Shown here in pieces: positions 1 to 9,033 of a stretch of DNA of 32,000 nucleotides. Source of the stretch: an uncultured Elusimicrobia bacterium (GTDB lineage Bacteria; Elusimicrobiota; Elusimicrobia; 2-01-FULL-59-12); NCBI GenBank assembly GCA_964441955.1, contig CAYTWA010000002.1:137170-169169 (forward strand), in the 5' to 3' direction. Positions within the stretch are counted from its first letter, which is position 1; every line of letters starts with the position of its first letter. The translations under genes and the position numbers were made by a program. The notes beneath the pieces are model-generated. The model ran no database searches. It was not told the origin of the DNA and was given only the letters and a program-made list of their open reading frames with translations.

Positions 1-1
1 C

Positions 2-1390
2 GCTTACCTACTGAAGCTTCCGGACGGCTCCGAGGTTCCCATTTTCATGCGGCGCCCTGTCTTGAAGGATGTCGCACTTGCACTTGTCATGGCTGGGCAT
101 GTCGTCTGGGTAAACAATGCTCTTTGTTGGGTGATTCGCGGTGGCAGCGACAAGGTGATCATGAACTCTTTCGAAAAGGCCTTGGATTATGTCCATCAGT
201 TGATCGCAAAGGGCCGCCTGGTAGAGGCTGACGCATTGCTTTTTAGCCTTAAGACCACATTTCAGCAATATAGTCTTGACGAATTATTCGCCTATTGGAA
301 TGATCAATTTCCGATCTCCACTGCGTTCATTCCGCTAAATGCCTCTCAACGCTACACGGAAAACTTGGAATATCTCCTACAGACTTTAGCAAACGAGGTG
401 ATTCAGACGGTGCCGACAATCACCAAACAGCAACAGCAAAACCCGACATTTATGAATCAATTAATGAACTATTTAGCAGTCTCCGAGACACTCAATTATG
501 ACGTGACGGTCGTCTTGAACGAAGATTTAACCAGAGAATTAGGAATCAAAAATCGTTTGGTCAGGGTGGTTTTCCGCAAACCGGAAATTCCTACAGTGCA
601 AAATTTGGGGATCCTTTTGGCCCAGCGTTTTCCGCTTTTCCATCAACGATCTGAGATTGCAATACAAGTGGACGGGACATTCGTGGAGCGGGAGGCCCAC
701 CTAATACGTCCGAACGAATCGGTGGCGGCTTACGCTGGAATGAAATCGGTGGCGGGGGCTCGTCTTCCGTACTACGACGCGGAAAGTTTACTGCAGACGC
801 CTATCGATTTGCCGCTAGACGGATATCCAAAGGAGGTGCGCGACCTGCTGATTCGAGTGGCTCGAGCGGAATCCGATTTCCAGGAGGAATGGATTCGCCT
901 AGTTCGATTGGATTTATCAGGCGATTGCAGAACCCATGCCCAGCGCGCGTTTGCCGCGCTCCTCCTCGCGCATAGTTTCGCGGATGTGTCGGACATCCTC
1001 GACTTTATCGCAGCACCTCATTTCGATTGGCTGGAAATGGAGGCCATGGTTAGAAAGCTAAATGATCGATATGCCCAACGGCCAGAGGACATTGAGGACC
1101 GTTTAATCCCTGATCTTCCATGGTCGAGGCTACGAGCGAGCATCCTCAGTGAAGATCGTTACATCCATGATCCGCGTCTTGAGGGTTTTGTCAATGCTGA
1201 CGACCTGCGCGGGGTGCGCCGTTTGTCGGCTTCGACAGTCGAGGAGGAAGCCCACTTGTGGGCAGCATCGAATCTGACTGAAGACCAGTACAACGATATG
1301 CTAAGCCGTATCTATGCGGCTATCAAGAACCATATCATTCGTTTTACGCCGCCCGTACCGGCTCCAACAGCCCTATTGTCTGCCGGCTAA
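2..1390 (+). CDS. Lineage-specific protein, 5'-truncated by window edge; contains a putative MoaD/ThiS-like beta-grasp segment
   Basis: Frame open to the left edge (AYLLKLPDGSEVPIFMRRP...), stop at 1388-1390. Segment IPTVQNLGILLAQRFPLFHQRSEIAIQVDGTFVEREAHLIRPNESVAAYAG (about nt 497-739) resembles beta-grasp small proteins. Function unknown. Confidence 0.7.
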   Translation, partial: AYLLKLPDGSEVPIFMRRPVLKDVALALVMAGHVVWVNNALCWVIRGGSDKVIMNSFEKALDYVHQLIAKGRLVEADALLFSLKTTFQQYSLDELFAYWNDQFPISTAFIPLNASQRYTENLEYLLQTLANEVIQTVPTITKQQQQNPTFMNQLMNYLAVSETLNYDVTVVLNEDLTRELGIKNRLVRVVFRKPEIPTVQNLGILLAQRFPLFHQRSEIAIQVDGTFVEREAHLIRPNESVAAYAGMKSVAGARLPYYDAESLLQTPIDLPLDGYPKEVRDLLIRVARAESDFQEEWIRLVRLDLSGDCRTHAQRAFAALLLAHSFADVSDILDFIAAPHFDWLEMEAMVRKLNDRYAQRPEDIEDRLIPDLPWSRLRASILSEDRYIHDPRLEGFVNADDLRGVRRLSASTVEEEAHLWAASNLTEDQYNDMLSRIYAAIKNHIIRFTPPVPAPTALLSAG

Positions 1391-1430
1391 GCGAAGGCGC
1401 CCCGCACAGAGTGTTTAGCATGAGGCATCG

Positions 1431-1562
1431 AACTGGATCAAATCTGTTTGGATTGATCCAGTTATGAGCCACCCAATGATCCAGTTGTTTCCGTCGAAAA
1501 ACAGGCAACTGGATCAACTGGATCAAAATTGTCAGTAAGATGTGCACCTCTTTGATCCAGTT
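1431..1562. repeat. Intergenic cluster of six copies of the 10-mer AACTGGATCA / TGATCCAGTT in both orientations
   Basis: AACTGGATCA at 1431-1440, 1507-1516 and 1516-1525; TGATCCAGTT at 1454-1463, 1477-1486 and 1553-1562; an 11-bp inverted pair at 1431-1441/1453-1463. Confidence 0.9.
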
Positions 1563-1637
1563 AAAGTCCCGGGGGATACCGGGACGCTACATCATCGAAA
1601 TCGCGTTGAGCCCGTTTGCTGCGGCACCAAAACCTAT

Positions 1638-2069
1638 TTACGTTCGTTCCTGGTGACACCGAGACCTGGGCGTTGTGGGTAATCTTCGATCTTCGTTTCC
1701 TTCTCTGAAAAAGGTCTGAAAATCGAGGTATTCGGTGAGTCGCGCGAACTCGAATCGCACGCGATGTCGAGGGCTCGCGCAATAGAGGATTTTTCCATCC
1801 TTCAGTATTCGGTGGACCAAAAGAGGGGGTGCTTCTTCGAGGTCCACGATATCGATGTCGTTGGTTTTTAGGGCGCGAGACATACGGTCCCGTACGTTCA
1901 ATTTAAGAGCAAAACGCTTTTTTGGGTTCAGGCCGGATTTGGCCTGAAAGGCAAAATCAAAATCACTGAGCGGCCCTTGTTTCCCGCGTGCCGCGGAACC
2001 AAACAAATACAAGGTGTTGACGGGCAGCATTCGTATCGCCCGACATATTTTCTGTCTTGGAAAAATCAT
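1638..2069 (-). CDS. Nucleotidyltransferase-domain protein, MNT/MntA antitoxin-like (alternative TTG start at 2087)
   Basis: Motif LYLFGSAARGKQGPLSDFDFAF followed by NDIDIVDLEEAPPLLVHRILKDGKILY, typical of the MNT family. No HepT-like partner is visible next to it. Confidence 0.75.
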   Translation of the reverse strand: MIFPRQKICRAIRMLPVNTLYLFGSAARGKQGPLSDFDFAFQAKSGLNPKKRFALKLNVRDRMSRALKTNDIDIVDLEEAPPLLVHRILKDGKILYCASPRHRVRFEFARLTEYLDFQTFFREGNEDRRLPTTPRSRCHQERT

Positions 2070-2177
2070 GGCTGAATTGTATCTCAACGCGAATTCTTTG
2101 TTTTCGTTTTAGGGAAAATAAGCTGCCGAAGGCGGTCGCTTGCTGTGGCGGGCGATAAGTACAATTTCCACTCCGAC

Positions 2178-3884
2178 ATGGACAAAACTCAGGTTGCCGT
2201 TTTCATGGAAGAAATTGGGACCTTGCTTGAACTTAAAGGGGAAAATCCATTTAAGTCACGCGCCTACCACCAGGCGGCGCGCATCATTCCTGCGATCGAT
2301 CGCTTTGAAGAGCTTGTTCAAACAGGTCAGCTTACATCCATAAAAGGGATTGGCGAAGGCTTGGCTGAGAAGATCACCGAAATGGTGACGGCGGGCAAGT
2401 CGTCTTACCTCGAAGAATTGCAAAAAGGGCTGCCCGCTGGGCTCATGGAAATAATCCGCGTCCAGGGCGTGGGGCCTAAACGCGCCAAAATCCTCTACGA
2501 CAAACTCAAAATCAAGGATATTCCAGGCCTTGAGAAAGCGGCCAAAGAGGGAAAAATCGCCAAGCTGGAAGGTTTTGGCGAAAAATCGCAGGAGAATATT
2601 CTTAAGGGCCTTGCCTTTTTAGGCCAGCACGCCGAGTACCATCGCTACGACGAAGCCTTGGCGGCGGCCGAAAGCGTTTTAGCGGAGCTTAAGAAAATCC
2701 CAGGCATCCAGCGGATGTCGGTGTGCGGAAGTTTGCGGCGCCGCCGCGAAGTGATCCGCGATGTCGACATTTTGATCAGCTCCCAGAGCGGTAAAGCGGT
2801 ACTGGATAAAGTCGTCGAGCTCTCATGGGTCAAACGCGTGTTAGCCCACGGCGACACCAAGGTGAGCGTACTGTTTAAAAGCGGCATTCAAGTCGATGTG
2901 CGTGTTGTTCGTGACAAGGAATTCCCATACGCCCAACACTATTTCACAGGTTCCAAAGAACACAACATCCGCATGCGCCAACGCGCGATTGAAAAAGGCT
3001 GGAAGCTAAGCGAGTACGGTCTCTTCGATAAGGAAGAAACGCTCATCCCTTGCAAAGATGAAGCGGACATCTTCAAAAAACTGGGGCTGGGCTACATTCC
3101 TCCTGAATTGCGCGAAGATCGCGGGGAGATGGAGGCGGCTGAAGCCGGAAAACTGCCGAAACTCATCGAACCGTCCGATATTCGCGGCGCTTTTCACGTG
3201 CATAGCACCTGGTCGGATGGCCGTGCGACCTTGGAAGACATGATCGCGGAAGCGCAGGCGTTGGGCTGGGAGTATGTGGGAATCTCGGACCATTCCAAAT
3301 CCGCGGGCTACGCCAACGGCTTATCGGTAGAACGGGTGGCCGAGCAGCGCCAGGAGATTGAGCGGCTTCGCAAGCAATACAACATTCGAATTTTCTGGGG
3401 GACGGAGTGCGATATCCTGTCGGATGGCGCATTGGATTACCCGGACAAAGTGCTCGCCGCCTACGATTATGTCATCGCCTCCATCCATTCACATTTCACC
3501 CAGCCGCAGGAAGAGATCACGAAGCGACTGCTTAAAGCGATCCGCAGTCCCTACACCACCATTTTGGGGCATATGACGGGCCGTCTTCTGCTGCAGCGTG
3601 AAGGGTATAGGGTGGACGTGGAAACCGTCTTAAAAGCCGCCGCTGAAAATGACGTGGCAGTTGAAATCAACGCTCAACCTAAACGTTTTGATATCGATTG
3701 GCGCCACCTGCCAAAGGCCAAAGAGTTGGGCGTCCAATTGGTGATCAACCCCGATGCCCATGCCGTAGAGCAGCTGCATGTGATTCCTTTCGGGGTGGGG
3801 CTTGCTCGCAAAGGGTGGTTGACCAAAGACGACGTGCTCAACACATGGCCACTGGCCAAGATGGAAGCCTGGCTGGCCAAATGA
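2178..3884 (+). CDS. polX: DNA polymerase/3'-5' exonuclease PolX (PolX + PHP domains); upstream GTG start at 2145 also possible
   Basis: N-terminal ENPFKSRAYHQAARII, polymerase motif CGSLRRRREVIRDVDILI, PHP motif GAFHVHSTWSDGRATLEDM, YVGISDHSKSAGYANGL. Confidence 0.95.
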   Translation: MDKTQVAVFMEEIGTLLELKGENPFKSRAYHQAARIIPAIDRFEELVQTGQLTSIKGIGEGLAEKITEMVTAGKSSYLEELQKGLPAGLMEIIRVQGVGPKRAKILYDKLKIKDIPGLEKAAKEGKIAKLEGFGEKSQENILKGLAFLGQHAEYHRYDEALAAAESVLAELKKIPGIQRMSVCGSLRRRREVIRDVDILISSQSGKAVLDKVVELSWVKRVLAHGDTKVSVLFKSGIQVDVRVVRDKEFPYAQHYFTGSKEHNIRMRQRAIEKGWKLSEYGLFDKEETLIPCKDEADIFKKLGLGYIPPELREDRGEMEAAEAGKLPKLIEPSDIRGAFHVHSTWSDGRATLEDMIAEAQALGWEYVGISDHSKSAGYANGLSVERVAEQRQEIERLRKQYNIRIFWGTECDILSDGALDYPDKVLAAYDYVIASIHSHFTQPQEEITKRLLKAIRSPYTTILGHMTGRLLLQREGYRVDVETVLKAAAENDVAVEINAQPKRFDIDWRHLPKAKELGVQLVINPDAHAVEQLHVIPFGVGLARKGWLTKDDVLNTWPLAKMEAWLAK

Positions 3885-4594
3885 ACGACAACCCCGAGTA
3901 CATTAAGAGACTTCTCCCGTTACTCAAAAAACACTGGCCCAAACCATTGTGCGAGGTGAAGCACGAAAATGCTCTTCAACTGATGGTAGGCGTCATTCTT
4001 TCGGCGCAGTCGACCGATAAAACGGTCAACGACATCACCCCTGCGCTTTTCAAGAAATACCCCACGGCCAAAGCGTTTGCCGATGCCGATCCTCTTGATA
4101 TCGAGAAAATGATTTTCCGCTGTGGTTTCTTCCGGGCCAAAACCAAGTCGATCCAAAGGGCGTGTCGAATGTTGGTAGAAAAACATGGGGGCGAAATCCC
4201 CAAAACCATGGAAGATCTTCTCGAGCTTCCGGGGATCGGACGCAAAAGCGCCAATGTGATTTTAGGGGCTTGCTTCGGTATTACAGCCGGGATTGTGGTG
4301 GACACACACATGATAAGGCTTTGCACGGAGCGTTTGAAGCTTTCGCGAAACATAGACCCCGTCAAACTGGAAGCCGACCTCATGAAGATCGTTCCCCAAA
4401 AAAGCTGGATTTACTTCTCCCAGTCCATGGTGCTGCATGGCCGCTATATTTGTATCGCGCGCACGCCGCGTTGTTGGGAGTGTCATCTCATTAAAATGTG
4501 CCCCTATGCCGACAAGGTGCTCTCGACTAAATTAGAAGACAAAACATTCCCGTCCCGTCAAACGATTACCGGCGTTCCCGTTCTTGTCCGTTAG
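3881..4594 (+). CDS. nth: Endonuclease III
   Basis: HhH LLELPGIGRKSANVILG, VDTHMIRL, and intact 4Fe-4S ligand pattern C-x6-C-x2-C-x5-C (CIARTPRCWECHLIKMC). ATG at 3881 overlaps the polX stop (ATGA). Confidence 0.95.
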   Translation: MNDNPEYIKRLLPLLKKHWPKPLCEVKHENALQLMVGVILSAQSTDKTVNDITPALFKKYPTAKAFADADPLDIEKMIFRCGFFRAKTKSIQRACRMLVEKHGGEIPKTMEDLLELPGIGRKSANVILGACFGITAGIVVDTHMIRLCTERLKLSRNIDPVKLEADLMKIVPQKSWIYFSQSMVLHGRYICIARTPRCWECHLIKMCPYADKVLSTKLEDKTFPSRQTITGVPVLVR

Positions 4595-4597
4595 GGC

Positions 4598-5650
4598 ATG
4601 CAGACATTTTCCGATTGGATGCAGCACGCCTTGTACGGCCCCAAGGGGTATTACGCCTCCGGAGAGGCGCAAAGTGGACGCGAGGGAGATTATTTCACCG
4701 CGCCGGATACGGGGCTTGCCTTCGGCGTACTGCTCGGCGCCATTTTTGAGCAGTGGGCGGATTCCTTCGCCGCGCGGCCGTTTCATCTGGTCGAATGCGG
4801 GGCGGGCACCGGAAAGCTAGCCCGCCAGTTGGAGTCATGTCCGCTTCCTTACATGGCGATTGAAAAAAGCGCCGCGCGATTTAAAATTCTCCAAGAAACA
4901 AAGCGCGCGGGCATGACCGTTTATCCCGACCTTCTTTCCATCCCCGCACGCCCGCTCCACGGAGTCATTTTTTCCAATGAGTTGTTTGATGCGATGCCGG
5001 TTCACCGAATCCGAGTTCACGAGGGGCGGCTTCAAGAAGGTTTTGTCACTCCGCAAGGCGAAATGTTTTGGGGCAACCCCTCTACGCCGGCATTGGAAGC
5101 GTACTTCAGCCGCCTTCATCTCACGCTGCCGGAAGGATATGAAACGGAAGTCAATTTGGCGATGCGCGCGTGGATGAAGGAGGCCGCGCAAACGCTTCAA
5201 TCGGGTCTTGTCGTGGCCATCGATTACGGTCGCCCGGCCTGGCAATACTACGACCGCGAACGTAGCGGGGGCACTTTGCGTATCTTTAAAGATCACGTGG
5301 TTCGGAAATTAGGGTCAGCGACTCAAGTGACATTGGGCGTGGATCCCCCGGTCGATATGACCGCGGATATCGACTTCACCAGTTTAGCGCTGGATGGAAT
5401 CGAAACGGGTTTTGAGCCCATCGCGTTTATGGAGTTAGGGACGTTTCTCATGAATGGCGCGCGTGCCATCTTGGGAAAGGGGGACTACAAAGCCAAGGCG
5501 CCTTCGGGGATGCGCTATCTCCTTCATCCGGAGGGCATGGGCAGCGCCTTTCATGTGCTTGTGTTAGGCAAAGGAATCGATAAAAACGACTGGGCATTTG
5601 AAGGCAACCGCCTTTCTCGGTTAGGATTGCCCTCATGGCACTGCAAGTAG
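4598..5650 (+). CDS. MidA/NDUFAF7-like class I SAM-dependent methyltransferase
   Basis: YFTAPDTGLAFGVLLG, VECGAGTGKLARQLE, IFSNELFDAMPVHRI, AIDYG motifs. Confidence 0.9.
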   Translation: MQTFSDWMQHALYGPKGYYASGEAQSGREGDYFTAPDTGLAFGVLLGAIFEQWADSFAARPFHLVECGAGTGKLARQLESCPLPYMAIEKSAARFKILQETKRAGMTVYPDLLSIPARPLHGVIFSNELFDAMPVHRIRVHEGRLQEGFVTPQGEMFWGNPSTPALEAYFSRLHLTLPEGYETEVNLAMRAWMKEAAQTLQSGLVVAIDYGRPAWQYYDRERSGGTLRIFKDHVVRKLGSATQVTLGVDPPVDMTADIDFTSLALDGIETGFEPIAFMELGTFLMNGARAILGKGDYKAKAPSGMRYLLHPEGMGSAFHVLVLGKGIDKNDWAFEGNRLSRLGLPSWHCK

Positions 5651-6090
5651 GCGACAAAGCCCCCGACTTTGACTTAATGGCTGACCACGGCAAGCAAATC
5701 CGTCTGAAAGACCATGACGGGAAAAGCCTCGTGCTTTATTTCTATCCTAAAGACGATACCTCGGGCTGCACGAAAGAAGCTTGCGCCTTTCGCGATGATT
5801 TCTCGGCGTATGCCAAAAAAAACGCCGTCATCTTGGGGGTGAGTCTAGACCCCGTATTGTCGCACCAAAAATTTAAGAAGAAATACGACCTGCCGTTTCC
5901 ACTGCTGGCCGATGACGGGGCTACGGTGAGTAAGGCCTACGGCGTGTACAAACAAAAAAGCATGTACGGCCGCACCTATTGGGGTATCGAGCGTACGACA
6001 TTTGTGATCGGCACCGACCGCCGCATAAAAGGTATTTTCCCGAAAGTAAAAGTCGAGGGACATTCCGCGGAGATCCTGGCCGCTTTGTGA
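5635..6090 (+). CDS. bcp: Thioredoxin-dependent peroxiredoxin, Bcp/PrxQ family
   Basis: LVLYFYPKDDTSGCTKEACAFRDDF, YGVYKQKSMYGRTYWGIERTTFVIG; overlaps the upstream gene by 16 nt. Confidence 0.95.
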   Translation: MALQVGDKAPDFDLMADHGKQIRLKDHDGKSLVLYFYPKDDTSGCTKEACAFRDDFSAYAKKNAVILGVSLDPVLSHQKFKKKYDLPFPLLADDGATVSKAYGVYKQKSMYGRTYWGIERTTFVIGTDRRIKGIFPKVKVEGHSAEILAAL

Positions 6091-6731
6091 CCGAAGTCGA
6101 CGCGCTGTTGTTTGATTTAGACGGCACCCTCATTGATTCCACCCGCGACTTAGCCGAGTCCGTCCGCCACGTTCAAGCGCATTACCAGTGTCCTTTAAGT
6201 TCGGATTCCCAAGTGGCGGCCTTTATCGGGGATGGCATCGTCAAATTGGTAGAGCGCGCGGTCCCCGGTTTTACCGGCCCAAAGCTCCATGAAGCCGTCG
6301 ATTTGCTGAAAGCGTTTTATCGAACGCATTGCCTGGATCACACACGCCTCCTTCCCGGGGTAAACCAAGTTTTAGAGCATTACCGTACGAAAACCTTAAC
6401 GGTTGTGACGAATAAACCCGAACGCGTTTCGCGCCGCATTTTAAAGGGGCTAGGAATCGACGGGTATTTCAAAAGCGTTTTAGGCGGCGATTCACGGCCC
6501 ACCAAAAAGCCGGACCCGGAACCATTGTTATGGGTTTTAAATACGTTCCAAGTTCCGCCCCGCCGCGCGGTGATGGTGGGCGATGGCCCAAACGATGTTT
6601 TGGCAGGACGAGCGGCCGGGATATGGACAGCCTCGATTCGCTCAACGATTTCTCACAGCCAGCCGCCGACCCCACACAAGGCCGATATCGAGCTTCTCAA
6701 CTTGGCCGATTTGATGCGATTTTTCAACTAG
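6087..6731 (+). CDS. HAD-superfamily phosphatase, phosphoglycolate phosphatase-like (GTG start overlapping bcp stop)
   Basis: LLFDLDGTLIDSTRDLAES, VVTNKPERVSRRIL, VMVGDGPNDVLAGRAAG. The ORF-track start at 5979 lies inside bcp; GTG at 6087 gives GTGA coupling. Confidence 0.85.
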   Translation: MTEVDALLFDLDGTLIDSTRDLAESVRHVQAHYQCPLSSDSQVAAFIGDGIVKLVERAVPGFTGPKLHEAVDLLKAFYRTHCLDHTRLLPGVNQVLEHYRTKTLTVVTNKPERVSRRILKGLGIDGYFKSVLGGDSRPTKKPDPEPLLWVLNTFQVPPRRAVMVGDGPNDVLAGRAAGIWTASIRSTISHSQPPTPHKADIELLNLADLMRFFN

Positions 6732-6881
6732 GATAAACGCCTTTAATCTCACCTCACAGACTTCTCAACACGCCGACAAAAATGAAAGATTCAAATGTCA
6801 AAAACCCTCTCTAAATAAGCCTAATTAAACGTTACAGGATCTTTACTTTCGTTTGAGGTCGCTTCCCTTAATAAAGGATAC

Positions 6882-7832
6882 GTGCAAAGCAAAAAGTTTC
6901 TCTTTGCCATTCTCCTTTTCCTTCCCTGCTGGGTCTGGGGCTCGTTTGAAGAGCTGCCCACGGGCGCTCGTCAAGCCGGCATGGGCAGCGCCTTTTCTGC
7001 GCTAGCCGACGATGTCTACGCCGCCTATTACAACCCGGCCGGCCTCGTGCAGCTGCACCGCTCGGAATTTACCGCCTATTATTCGAAGCTTTATGCCGGT
7101 TTAGACGACGGCTCCTCGATCAGTCGCAATTACGTCGCCTACGGTCACCCAACGCGCCGCGGCACGTTGGGTTTCAGCTATCTTTCGCTTTCGCTCTCCG
7201 GACTTTATTCGGAATCGGTGATGGCGCTCCACTACGCGACGGCGATCAAAGATAAATGGAACATCGGCACGAGCCTCAAATTTTTGCGCAAATCGTTCGG
7301 CTCCGACGCATATACGGAAAACGCCATCAACTCAGACACGGGCGTCTCGCTCGGCGCGCCAGACCCGCTTTTTTCCCAAAACGGCTCTTCGAAATCGGGG
7401 ATGGCGCTTGATGCAGGCATCCAATACCGCCTCTCACGCCTCTACGGTTTAGGCTTTACCATCTTAAATCTCAACAGCCCGAATATGGCCATCGCCAGCT
7501 CGGACAGCGACCCAGTCTCGACGGTCTATAAAACAGGTTTGGCTCGCCGCACGAAGAGTTCCTCCGTGGATGCCGAAGTGTCGATGCGCCAATTTACGGG
7601 GAATGAATTTCGCATCAACATCGGCGGCGAACGCTGGCTCAAGGGCGGCTTCGGGTTCCGTGGGGGCTTGGGGTTTGGGCAGCGTCAGTACCAGATGACC
7701 TCCTTCGGCGTTTCATACCGCTGGGAAGCCCTCCAGTTCGACTACGCAATGCTCTACCCACTCTCTGGTGTTAAAACGGGGTTTGGGTCGCACCAGCTGT
7801 CCATGACGTTTCGATTTGGAAGGAAAAATTAG
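6882..7832 (+). CDS. PorV/PorQ-like outer-membrane beta-barrel protein
   Basis: Signal peptide, then GARQAGMGSAFSALADDVYAAYYNPAGLVQLHRSEFTAYYSKLYAGL, amphipathic repeats, C-terminal aromatic strand (HQLSMTFRFGRKN). Confidence 0.75.
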   Translation: MQSKKFLFAILLFLPCWVWGSFEELPTGARQAGMGSAFSALADDVYAAYYNPAGLVQLHRSEFTAYYSKLYAGLDDGSSISRNYVAYGHPTRRGTLGFSYLSLSLSGLYSESVMALHYATAIKDKWNIGTSLKFLRKSFGSDAYTENAINSDTGVSLGAPDPLFSQNGSSKSGMALDAGIQYRLSRLYGLGFTILNLNSPNMAIASSDSDPVSTVYKTGLARRTKSSSVDAEVSMRQFTGNEFRINIGGERWLKGGFGFRGGLGFGQRQYQMTSFGVSYRWEALQFDYAMLYPLSGVKTGFGSHQLSMTFRFGRKN

Positions 7833-7914
7833 CATGGTTTTACACTTTCGTTACAGGCTTGTGATGCGCACTTTACAGAGGGCCTTTAGACTCCTAGAGA
7901 GAGGTACAAACGCC

Positions 7915-9024
7915 ATGCGAATACTCCCGGCAATGATGGCAGGCTTGCTGATCCTGACGGGACCGGCTGCCTCCCTCCATGCCTGGAGTTGGGATGACGA
8001 TGAATCGATCGGGAAAGACGAACTGGAAACCCAGCTCTTAGGCTACCGCAAACGCGTCGAATCCGGCATCCCGCTTTCCGAACGCATCGTTCTTTTGGAC
8101 CGCCTCATCAAACTCTACGGAATTCATGGCCGAGATGCGAAAGCTCTCGAATTGGAACGCGCGCAGGTGATTGCCGACGAGCAGGCGGTCGCTAACGTGA
8201 GCGCGGCGTCGCGTGAAAAATCCCAAAGCCTTTTCCAACAGGCCTTCGAGCAGATTAAAAACGGTCATTTCCGTGAAGCGCAGCGCCTTTTGGTCGAAGC
8301 CGAACACCTAAACCCCCAGGACAAAATCATCAGCGATCTGCGCGCAAAGACCGACCAAGTGGCCGCCATTTTGGCGGAAGCGCCCCTCGACCCAACGGTC
8401 GGGGATTTAGTCAAGCGCGGGGTGTTGCAATATGTTCAAAACGAGCCGTCCAAAGCGCTTAATTTCCTTGTTTATGCGCAGCAAAAAGACGATACCAACC
8501 CGGATCTTCCGGCTTTGGTGGAATTGGCCAAACGAAGCGTCCCCGAATCGTCCGAAATTTTGGATACGCGTTTGAATTTAATCGACCAGAAGCTTCAGCG
8601 AGCCCTCGAGAAAATTTACTCCGGCGAATACTTGGTGGCCGCCAAAGAATGCCAAGAGGTCTTAGACCTTGAGCCGGATAACGCCTTGGCGCTCACCCGG
8701 TTAGGCTCTGTTTATTACGCCATGGGCCAGGTCAAGCAAGCGCGGTCCTATTGGAAGCAAGCGCAGACACTTGACCCCAAAAACAACGTGCTTAAAAGCT
8801 TTATGGACCAAACCGCCACGGAGGCCGACCGTGCGCCGGCTCAGGCGCTTACCTATAAGGTGGAAAAAGGCGATACCCTTCAAACGATTGCTGAAAAGGT
8901 CTACAAAAACAAAAGTGCCTGGCGGCGAATTTATGAGGCAAACCGGGCGTATATGAAAAACCCGTATCAATTAAGCGCCGGGCAAGTCCTGGTGCTGCCT
9001 CCGGGCGGCGTGTCGGCCCCCTAA
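7915..9024 (+). CDS. Secreted TPR protein with C-terminal LysM domain (earlier in-frame starts at 7816/7834)
   Basis: Signal peptide MRILPAMMAGLLILTGPAASLHA; TPR-like YLVAAKECQEVLDLEPDNALALTRLGSVYYAMG; LysM YKVEKGDTLQTIAEKVYKNKSAWRRIYEANRAYMKNPYQLSAGQVLVLPPG. Confidence 0.85.
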   Translation: MRILPAMMAGLLILTGPAASLHAWSWDDDESIGKDELETQLLGYRKRVESGIPLSERIVLLDRLIKLYGIHGRDAKALELERAQVIADEQAVANVSAASREKSQSLFQQAFEQIKNGHFREAQRLLVEAEHLNPQDKIISDLRAKTDQVAAILAEAPLDPTVGDLVKRGVLQYVQNEPSKALNFLVYAQQKDDTNPDLPALVELAKRSVPESSEILDTRLNLIDQKLQRALEKIYSGEYLVAAKECQEVLDLEPDNALALTRLGSVYYAMGQVKQARSYWKQAQTLDPKNNVLKSFMDQTATEADRAPAQALTYKVEKGDTLQTIAEKVYKNKSAWRRIYEANRAYMKNPYQLSAGQVLVLPPGGVSAP

Positions 9025-9033
9025 TGGAGTGAT

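Noticed and set aside
3698-3880. N-terminal extension of the nth ORF
   Set aside because: Overlaps the conserved PolX C-terminal coding region; ATG at 3881 gives canonical nth length and an ATGA overlap.
5979-6086. N-terminal extension of the HAD phosphatase ORF
   Set aside because: Lies in the bcp coding sequence and shows no homology-like content; GTG at 6087 starts just before the DxDGT motif.
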